From assembly GCA_051453625.1 (NCBI GenBank), contig JBOZIK010000001.1:47389012-47425462 (forward strand): DNA of 36,451 nt. The letters are read 5' to 3'. The translations under genes were made by a program, and so were the position numbers. Below the pieces are notes generated by a model. The model ran no database searches and had not been told where the DNA came from. It saw nothing but the letters and a program-made list of their open reading frames with translations. How positions within the stretch are numbered: position 1 is the first letter of the stretch; every line of letters begins with the position of its first letter. This stretch comes from Welwitschia mirabilis (taxonomy: Eukaryota). Below, piece after piece: positions 24,386 to 33,832 of this stretch.

Positions 24386-25884
24386 ATAACAATCTTAAAA
24401 TAAGCATATTTGGCTAATTTCATATACGCAAAAATATTAAATTAGTTGTTTTATCATAAAATGATGTTTTCTGTTCTATTTATCATTTTTTATGAAATTA
24501 TGAAATTTCTCATAACATTTTCAGTTTTATTGCTACTATCTAGAAGACATTCTACAAATTGAAGATAATCCATTAGAAAATGTCAATACCATTGTCTAGT
24601 CATCAGCATCACTAGTCTTTTAAGGTAGAATTCTTTCATTCCTACATTCTTACATTCTTATAAAAAATACATCACATTCCACTTATGAACTTAGTCAGAT
24701 GATAATTTAGATTTAACCTTTAATTATAAGAACACATGGCAAAAATGTAATACAACATATCGCAATGATATGTGGTTGTAATAAGGATAACAACATGGAG
24801 GATACATGGCATAGAATCAACTAGGAGCTACATCATCATTCAAAGGATATATCATCTCCTTCTTTTTCATAAGAAGATAAGGAATCCTTCATTAGAACTA
24901 CATGGCAAATTTTGTAACCTCCTCCTTAAGTAACCACCTAATAAGTATAATCCCTTTATGTAACCATCCACCAACCACTACATGTTAAATATTCTTAGAC
25001 CTTCCCTCATTTATAAAAGGGCTTTAAGCCCTCATTATAAAGGATATCTAGTTGGATAAATGTAGTGGGAAATTTGGAGCATCAGGACGTCATAGCTTTT
25101 TAAGCACCTTCCTTGGAAGTAGACTTATTTCAGGATAATCTAAGAAGTTTATTTTAGCTTCATCTTTCTCGATCAATGTAATGCATTTTCTGAATTAATA
25201 CAATAAATAGTTATTTATTTTTTTATTTCTAGTGCACATTAACATAGTACTAGTAATCTTTAGGTGAGATTTTTTCTTATTGTCAATATTATAGTAGTTA
25301 TTCATTATTTTATTTTTAGTGCACATTAACACTGTACCAGTAATCTTTAAGTGAGACTACATCATAAACTTCTATAGGACTGAGTGAGTTATCTAAAGTT
25401 AACTTTTTAGTTGTAGTCACTATTATGTTATAAATATTAAAAACAATTATAGTTGCTTTCTATATTCATAAAGGGCTATGAAAGGTCAAAGTGACTATTA
25501 AATTTACTAACACTTATGTCATGAATTAGATTATGTTACCATGCATGAGCCATCATAACTTAATTATTTAGAATTTATATTTCAGAAACACAAGAATCAT
25601 TGAAGTGAAGTTAGCTTATTAGATAAGTCAAGCTAGACCTCTGGAGTAGGTTTATCTCCCTAGTCATCAACCTTAGCTCACAAAATTATAACAAATCCTT
25701 AGGTTTTCATCAACCTTAGGTCACAAAATTATATCAAACCCTTAGGTTTTCCTTTTATTTAATTCATTATAGCATTATATTATTGTATTGCTTTTAATTA
25801 GTTTATCACAAATACCCCTATGGAAAGAAAAATACTAGTTCATTACTTAGTTTATTTTAGTTTAATTGTACTCAATAATAAACA
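24386..25884 (+). repeat. Element C 3' LTR (first ~15 bp not alignable)
   Basis: Aligns with the 5' LTR from TAACAATC onward and ends CTCAATAATAAACA. It carries a private ~43-bp tandem duplication at ~25665-25750. Confidence 0.88.
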
Positions 25885-26075
25885 CTTAACCATGAAGGTA
25901 GTGATCCTATCAATTGTTTAAGGTTCCATTAGTAGATAAAAGACTTCTTTCATAATTGTCTAATAGTTAAAACTTATTGCTTTAATAAATGACTATATCC
26001 TTATTTTCCAAAATTGTAATTATCACTAATGAAGTAGAGTGGATGATTGGTTGATTAGCCTTTTATTATTTAAAA
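25885..26075 (-). pseudogene. gag: SIRE-like copia gag, N-terminal part
   Basis: Minus strand G*STNHPLYFISDNY..WKIRI*SFIKAI (cf. GxSxNRPPxFxGxNYxxWKxRM). It joins the 17680 fragment across element C. Confidence 0.82.
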
Positions 26076-26113
26076 ACTATTAATCAAAAATAAGCAAAAA
26101 CACCTAAACCAAA

Positions 26114-26124
26114 GCCCAATACCA
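26114..26124 (-). promoter_or_regulatory. tRNA-Met(i) PBS of the copia element
   Basis: Reverse complement TGGTATTGGGC (cf. TGGTATCAGAGC), 2 nt after an LTR end ...TTTACA. Confidence 0.7.
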
Positions 26125-26126
26125 AT

Positions 26127-26200
26127 TGTAAAGACTGCCTATTCTAAAGAGAGGGGTGAATAGGATACCTAAGGTATTTTTTTGTAATTTGAATGTTTAA
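26127..26200 (-). mobile_element. U5 end of the SIRE-like 5' LTR (outer boundary unresolved)
   Basis: Reverse complement CCTATTCACCCCTCTCT...CTTTACA, the Sirevirus ATTCACCCCCCTCT U5 signature. The LTR probably extends further right. Confidence 0.7.
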
Positions 26201-27492
26201 CATAATATTTGTAAAACATAGGCTATCATCTAATTAAATAACAACTAGTTCCAAATTTGTTCTAATGTAATTTTATCAAATTAACAATCAATATAATAGT
26301 TAAGCACATGAAATTAACTAAACCATAAAGAGCAATGGGCAAAAGGTAATGAAAATAAGCCTATTTTTCTTTATTTTAAGTATAGCTTCCAATCATACAT
26401 CTAATGAGACTTTATGGTAGTCTTGCACCAATATAAGTAGAAATTTTTTTAGTAATCATCATCCATAAAAACAAGTTGATTCATCTTATTTATTATCATA
26501 ATTAAATATAGAGAGATGTTAAAATAATTTAGAGTATAGTAGGATGCAAATAGGAGTACAACATGAATTTGACAAAAGGTGTAGATTACAAAAATAGCTA
26601 AATTATTCATACATGTATTTTTCTAGTTATCATAGGTTACATAATGAATAGTATGACTATTATAGCTTTGAAAATGATTGGTTAGCATCCTGAGATGAAG
26701 TTTCAATGGTTCCTAATAATCCATAATGGCTATTTTTCATTAGTTATTAAAGTGATAGTCGATTCCTCTATGGTGTTGGTTGACCCCTTACCTTATGTTA
26801 AGATTTTACACAAGTCTCTTTAGGCTAGGTATAAACTCCTTAACTTGATTCGATTGACTGCTTGATTTATAGTCTACCTTTATAAGCTAGGTGATCAAAC
26901 CTTGTGACGTGTGAGTTGACCTCTTATTGATCGACCTCCTTATACTTACCAGTTAACTACATAATGCATTTCAACACTTTTCTTTATTATCCTATAATTG
27001 ATCCATTCAAGAATGTTAGTCATCCACCTATGTAATTTATGCCAGTTCAATTATCCTTTTACTCTGGCTTTTCTTATCTTTTGATACAGTTTCTAAGTGT
27101 CTTACAGTTTCTTCTTAACCCTTTAGCTTTTCTTTTCCTTGAGCTATTTTTGTAAAAGATCCTTTTACCTTTCTTTCATTCCTTTCTATTCCCTTTATTC
27201 TACCTTTTCTATTAGGTAATTTCCTTTTTTTGCTTCCTAAAATAGCTTATGCTTGGGGTTGTTAATTGGTTTCTATGACATTATCCTTCTCTCTCGTCCT
27301 TATGTCAAGTGGCATTTTGTTCTTGCAACATAATGGATAATACATATGCTAACCTAATGACATTCTAACTTACCAATGTATTAACTTAAATTTTTTGAAA
27401 ACTAATATTAAATAAATAATTAAAGGACATAGCTCTAGGCATAAAAGCATTCTATTATCAATGAAAATTTACATCATCATTTTTACTCATTA

Positions 27493-27535
27493 TTTTTCCC
27501 CAAGTTTAAGATTTTGTTAGTTGCTTAACAAAGTA
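27493..27535 (-). promoter_or_regulatory. Possible Athila-type PPT / 3'-end junction of another minus-strand element
   Basis: Reverse complement TTGTTAAGCAACTAACAAAATCTTAAACTTGGGGAAAAA followed by TAATGAGT. This resembles Athila TTGCT..GGAC.AGCAA..TTAAG.TTGGGGG-TGAT ends. Confidence 0.4.
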
Positions 27536-28231
27536 AAAAAATATGTACAAAAGGAAAATGAAACAAATTTATTTCTTTTCTTTTGTCCTTTCGAAAATAA
27601 AAGGTTACACTTTTTTTTAATTCTAATTCTGCCAACTATCTATCCAATTGGGCTAATTCCTCTCTTCTTCCAAGGAAGCTAAAATCTTTCTTTGCTATTA
27701 CTATAGAGTATGATCATTCAGGTTTATTGTTTCTACGTTTAATGGTTCCTGAGTTTTCTGGCTCTTTGTTATTACCTTTCTTCCTTGGCCTCTTCCCTTT
27801 GAAGGAGCTCTTGGCTACTTTAGTTCATCTCTTTTTCTTTTTAAAGTAAAAGAGGTCCTCTATTTAATACCTAGAGGTTAGTTTAATGATTTTATCATTA
27901 ATTCCATTCTCAAGCCTTCTTTAGATATTTGCCTAATTAGAATCATATAAACCTTTAGAGCATCACTCTTTTATAATTTAGAAAAAATATCTATAAAGAT
28001 GCCTCTAAGTAAAGTCATATTTTAAACAATTTATTTAGTAGGGAACATAATTGCTATAGATTTTGAAAGGATACTATAAAAAACTTCACATTTATTTCAC
28101 ATTCCTTTATTATTTTACAAAATTTATATAGTATTTTATTTAGAAAGTGTTGAGACTCCCTTGTAGATATTTGACTTTTCTTTTTCATAAATCCTATTTT
28201 TAAAAGTTAAAGCTCCCTTTTGCAAAATCAA

Positions 28232-29039
28232 TTATTTGAATACATCTAAGGAATTGAAGACCTCTTAAGTGAAGACATCTGGAAAAGTGAATATGTCTCA
28301 AATGTACTAAGATGAAATAGGTAATAGAGTTAATTTGATTTTTGATTAATATCTTACATTTTAAGTGAGTTATGAACTTATACATCGAATCATGATCACA
28401 AAGGTCCATAGGTACTACAAATGCATTCATCAAAATCTGGGTAAGTTGACTTAATACGTGTACATAAGTGAAGACGTCTAGAGTAAAGGCATCTACAAAA
28501 TTCAAGACATCTTGAACCAAAGCTCACATTGATTAAAAGCAAAGTTACGTGCTTGAAGCATAAACATTGACTATCCATTACATGTTGGTTACAAAATTAA
28601 ATGACTACTTTTCAAGCTAAAATGGCTAGATATTCTTTAACCTTATAAAGCATTAATATTACAAAATAAAGGATAACTCTTGTCACTTCCTAGAATCAAT
28701 TAAATATACATATCTTTAAAAGCATGAGTTAAGAAAACCTCTCATGAAGAAATTAAAGGATCCATTGGCAAGGAGATAATATTATTTTTATCTCTTGAAT
28801 TTGGATCTTTATTGTTTCATTCTTCATTCATACTTGTGACAACAATAACTTCAAGAAGCTCAAATCTTCATTAAAGAAATATCTTCAGGCTTGTTTTATT
28901 ACCCTCCATGTGTAGATGTAGCTAGGTTAGGAAACCACATTATTTGGTAAGGTTTTTTATTATTCTTTTTATTCTTGTTAAGTTTAATTTTTGTTTGATG
29001 AAACTCATTCACTCCTCCTCTCTAAGTTCTCTGAGTTCA
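28232..29039 (+). mobile_element. SIRE-like copia LTR, probably solo
   Basis: Repeated GAAGACRTCT motifs in U3, TATA-like CTTATAAAG near 28642, U5 motif GTAGATGTAGC...GAAACCAC and ATTCACTCCTCCTCT...TTCA end. No PBS follows. Flanks ATCAA/AGCAA match 4 of 5. The start is uncertain. Confidence 0.65.
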
Positions 29040-29403
29040 AGCAATGCTCAATAGCTTATAGAGCTTGATCATGTTAAGAAAAACATAAATGAATATATCA
29101 TAATTATATATACCATTAAAAAATAATAAATAAATTAAACCTTTATCTACTTTATATTAACTAAATAATCAATTATAAAATCCCCCCCATGCTTTCTAAT
29201 TATAACCCCTATTAATAACTTATGAGTCTAATATAATAAATTTCTTTTTAAGTGAGGAAGAGAATTTAACTTAATTATTTAGTTAAAATTAATTACCTAA
29301 TGATTATGATATAATATTTATTTAGAGCAGATTAAATTAAACTTCTAATATAATATTTATCTTATTATCAATCAAATCTAATGTTATTTTTTGCTCCTTC
29401 TAG

Positions 29404-30500
29404 ATGGCTCGCCATCGTCAACTAAGTGTTAAGGCTAATTTACATCAAGATAACTCAAGAACTAATCAATAACACAATGATGGAAATCAATCTCCGATCG
29501 CTCTTAATCTAGAAGCATCAATGAGTGCATTTATGTAATTTCTATCACAAATAGTAAACCAAGATCAAACCCTACTAATGAACAATGGTATCAATCAACA
29601 TAATAAGAATGTGGGTATAAGAAAGTTAATTCAAACATTTATTAAGTTAAACCCATCAAACTTTANNNNNNNNNNNNNNNNNNNNNNNNNNNNNNNNNNN
29701 NNNNNNNNNNNNNNNNNNNNNNNNNNNNNNNNNNTATGATGAATATGTAAAGTCTTCTTTAGTTATCTACAGGCTGAATGGAGAGGCTAACTTATGGTGG
29801 AAAACATAGATGGTAAAAATAGGTGAGGTTGAACTTTCATTGAGAAATTTTAAGCATATATTTAAGGAAAAGTATATTACTAAGTTCTACATTCACCAAA
29901 AGGTTATTGAATTCTACAATCTCAAGCATGCTCATAATGTAACCATAGTTTCTCATAAATGTAAATTTGTTGAACTATTAAGATATGTAGGACATATGCA
30001 TCTTGATGAAGAATCCAAAGCAAATATTTTCATTAATAATCTTCTTCCTTTTATTGCTGCTAAGGTATTTATGTCTCAACCTAGAACTTTATCTGAAGCT
30101 AGAGAGAGCAAAAATAGTAGAGTCAAACTAGCAAAAACAATAAGAAAATAAGAAATGAATTCGTCCTAAGGATTCTAGTTTTAAGAAAAATCAACCACAT
30201 GTGTCTCATCACAATAAGAATTGAATTTCAATAGGAGTAATGTTTCTAGTAATAACAGCAAAAATAGGAATTTCAACCAAAATAACCATGCATCATTCAA
30301 TAGGAATTGGAATGTTCTCAATCAGAGTTATGTAAGTAATCAACCATAAAGATCTAATTTTAGGTAAAATGCTAGTTACCATCATTATCAAGGTTAGTTT
30401 AATAATGGCTTTCAATGGTTCAATTATAAAGGAAACCTAAAGGTTAAAAAATGTCCATTACTTACTAAGAGCTAGCCTAGATAATAATTAGAAAATCCTT
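29404..30500 (+). pseudogene. gag: Element G gag pseudogene
   Basis: ATGGCTCGC start after TTCTAG; FIKLNPSNF, LNGEANLWWKT, FKHIFKEKY, EFYNLK, KFVELLRY, PRTLSEA; N/Q-rich tail. Confidence 0.85.
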
Positions 30501-30559
30501 AAGGATCACATATTATTCAGCAATCAATTATATAACTTCAAGTAGCAATAGATAATCAA

Positions 30560-33500
30560 GAAATATAAGCTTTACTTAATAATACAAAAATAATTATTAT
30601 ACTTGATTGTGAAGCAACTCATTACTTTGTATCCCCTAGAGTTATTGTAAGAGAAAAAGTATGTTATACTCTAATTAAGGGATGTATAAAGCTTGAAAAT
30701 GGATCCATAACTAAGGTTAATCATCAAGTTTAAAATTGTACGTTATCTATAAGTAAGGGAGATTTTCAGATTCAACCGACTGTTATCAGTTTAGAAAAAT
30801 ATGATGTTGTTTTGGGCATAAATTAGTTGATGCAAAATAAGGCAGTTATAAATTATGATAAATGCCAAGTGGAGATGATAAATTATGGATAGAGAATAAC
30901 CTTTCAAGTGTCAATCCTAATCAATTATGAATAACTTAGTTAAAGCCAAGCATATAAGGAGGAAAATTAAGAAAGAATCATTAGTTTATATGCTTTATCT
31001 AAAATCATCTAACATAAAAGAAGAAAAAACTTCAATGGGGAGTATATGGATAATCCAAGGTTATCTTAATGTATTTATAACAGAATTACTAGGAATATCA
31101 CTTATTCAAGAAGTTGAGTTTACTATTGATTTAATTTCAAAAGATCAACATATTTTTAAGGCACCATATAGAATGTCTCCTATAAAAATGAAAGAATTAA
31201 AAATTTAGCTTGAAGAACTTCTATAAAAATATTTTATTTGTCTTAGTCTATCATCATAGAGTGCACTAGTATTGTTTGTAAAGAAAAACAATGAAATATG
31301 TAGGTTATGCATTGATTACAAATAGTTACATAAAGTTACAATTAAGAACAAGTATCCATTACTAAGAATAGATGACCTCTTTAACCAAATCAAGTTCGAA
31401 TCAAGAAAGAAGATATTCATAAAACAGTGTTCAAAGCTCATTATAGGAATTATGAGTTTACTATCATTCCTTTTAATTTAACTAATGCTCCTGTAGTATT
31501 CATGAGCCTTATAAATCACATCTTCCAAGCATATCTTGATTCTTTTGTAATTATGTTTATTGATGACATCTTTATTTATTTTAAGTCTTATGTGAAACTT
31601 GATAAACACTTGAAAATAGTCTTGAACACTATAAAAAATTATTAACTATATGCNNNNNNNNNNNNNTGTTCTTTTTGGATGATATCTATTTAGTTCCTAG
31701 GTGATATAGTATATAGGAAAAGTATTTCAGTCAATCTAGATAAAGTTAAAGAAATTATGGAATGACCAATATTTATAGTTATTACTATAGTTAGAAGCTT
31801 CATTAGTCTTGGTAGGTACTATCATCGATTCATCTTCAACTTCTCTAAGATAGATTCTCCTTTAACAATTCTTTTAAAGAAAAATAAAGACTTTTAATGG
31901 ATAGAAAAATGTCAGTAATCCTTTGAACATCTTAAAGAGTGTTTAACTAACGCTGCAATTTAAGTAATGCAAGATGATTTTAAGATTTTTTTAGTCTATA
32001 CTAATGCATCAGGAAAAGGTCTTAAATCTATTGTTAAACAAAATGAGAGAAACTACATTGTTCATGATCTTGAATTAGTTGTAGTGATATTTGCCTTAAT
32101 GTTATGAAAGCACTATCTTTATGGTGTTAAATTTCAAGTTTGGACTTATCATAAGAGTTTAAAATACATTTTTACCTAACTAAGCTTAAACCTTAGAAAA
32201 ATAAAATGAATGAAATTTTTATATCACTTTGATCTTAAATTTTATACCATGAGGGCAAAGGAAATAAAGTTGCAAATGCTCTTAGTAGACATGGTTATCT
32301 TAAAATAGTTATGAAAATTCAAAATCAGATACTTAATATCATTACAAAGGGTTAAAACAAAGATGAAAATGGTCAAAAGTTAAAGGATCAATTAGAAAAA
32401 TCAAAAAGATTCAAGAGACTTTAGTATTGGTCCAAAAGGTATTATTCAATGCAAGGAAAGATTCTTAGTTCTTAATGTAGATGAAATCAAATTAAAGCTG
32501 ATGTTTGAATTTTATAATCCTCCAATATCAGGTCATCCTAGAGAAATAAAAATGTATTAAAACATGAAGCAAAAATTTTGGTGACTAGAGATGAAAAATA
32601 ATACAGTAGATCCGTATCAAAGTGTTCAAACTATCAGTAAGTTAATGTAGAACATAGGAATCCAACAGTACTACTCTATCATCATAATGTTCCAGAATAT
32701 AAATTAGATGTGATTTGTATGGATTTTATATTAGGACTTCCAAGAACTCCAAGAGGTAATGAGTTAATCATGGTTATAATTGATAGAGAAACGAAGTCAG
32801 CACACTTCATTCCAGTAAAGTCTACTTATAGTGCTAAGGATATAACTAAAATATACATCCATAATGTTATTCATTTACATGGTGTACCCTTAGTAATTAT
32901 TTCTGATAGAGATTCAAAATTTAATTTTAAGTTTTAGTAAGAACTATGATTGGGTTTACGAACTAAGCTAAATATAAGAATGGCATTTCATCCTCAAACA
33001 AATGGTCAAGCAGCAAGAGTCAATCAAATCCTAGAGAATATTCTTAAAGCATGTGTTCTTGATAAGCTTAAGAGTTGGGAAGAATACCCACCATTAGTAG
33101 AATTTACATATAATAATAGTTATCAACGTTCTATTCAAATGGATCCATTTGAAGCTTTATATGATAGGAAATGCAGAGCACCCACTACATGGACAAAACC
33201 TAAGAAAAGATTGATGATAAGACTAGAAATGTTACAAGAAGAGGAAAATAAGACAAGAACCACTAAGAATAGATTAAAGGAAGCAACAAATAGGCAAAAT
33301 ATGTATGCAGATTATTAAAGAAGAGACCTTAAATTCCAAGTAGGTAATCATGTCTTCCTTAAGGTGTCACTAATGAAAGCAGTTATGTGAGGAGTTAAGA
33401 GATCAAAATTAGCTCCCATATTTATTGAACCATTTCAGATATTGAAACGTGTTAGACCTATTACATATAAACTTGTTCTACCTCCCTAATTGTTGCACGT

Positions 33501-33750
33501 GCATAATCTTTTTCATGTGAATATGCTAAGAAAATATTTTGCAGATCCTTTTCATGTGTTAAATTGGTCTCATATTTAGGTGAAACCCAATTGTTCTATA
33601 CAGGAGGTAGAAGTAATGTTGAACCAGTGAACTATTATCTTATGAAATAAGAAAATATATTAAATAAAGATAAAATGAAATAATCATAGTCCTAATGAAG
33701 ATACTTGGAAGTTAGAAGGATCAATGAAAATCAGTACCCAAGTCTTTTTT
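30560..33750 (+). pseudogene. pol: Element G pol pseudogene (PR, RT, RNase H, integrase, chromodomain)
   Basis: PR: ILDCEATHYFVS, YDVVLGIN*L. RT: KAPYRMSP, NKYPLLRIDDLFNQ, FVIMFIDDIFIY. RH: VYTNASGKGL, NYIVHDLEL. INT: MDFILGLPRT, IISDRDSKF, FHPQTNGQ, VHNLFHVNMLRKY. Confidence 0.93.
33600..33750 (+). other. Chromodomain remnant at the integrase C-terminus
   Basis: IKIK*NNHSPNEDTWKLEGSMK / QYPSLF (cf. VKVxWxNHxxEEATWExExxMxxxYPxLF). Confidence 0.8.
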
Positions 33751-33819
33751 AATCTCATAATATATAATCTTAGACTCTTAAATCATTATGTACTTTAATT
33801 CCCATGAGTGAATCCTTTT

Positions 33820-33830
33820 AAGTGGAGGAG
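33820..33830 (+). promoter_or_regulatory. Polypurine tract of element G
   Basis: AATCCTTTT-AAGTGGAGGAG-TA-TGTTATAA, about 70 bp after the chromodomain. Confidence 0.8.
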
Positions 33831-33832
33831 TA

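Larger units (their letters stand above)
17681..25884 (+). mobile_element. Element C: pol-less (non-autonomous) Athila-like LTR retrotransposon inserted in the copia gag
   Basis: Direct ~1.5-kb LTRs, outer termini TGTTTA...TAAACA (6-bp inverted repeat) and a tRNA-Asp-like PBS. Flanks TTTGA and CTTAA are each one transition from CTTGA. No PR/RT/RH/INT motifs are seen in the 5.2-kb interior. Confidence 0.85.

Noticed and set aside
28200..28578. Minus-strand ORFs of 106 and 60 aa
   Set aside because: They are antisense to LTR repeat motifs and show no recognisable domain.
29586..29595. TGGTATCAAT as the PBS of element G
   Set aside because: It lies inside gag, has no LTR end before it, and matches only 8 nt.
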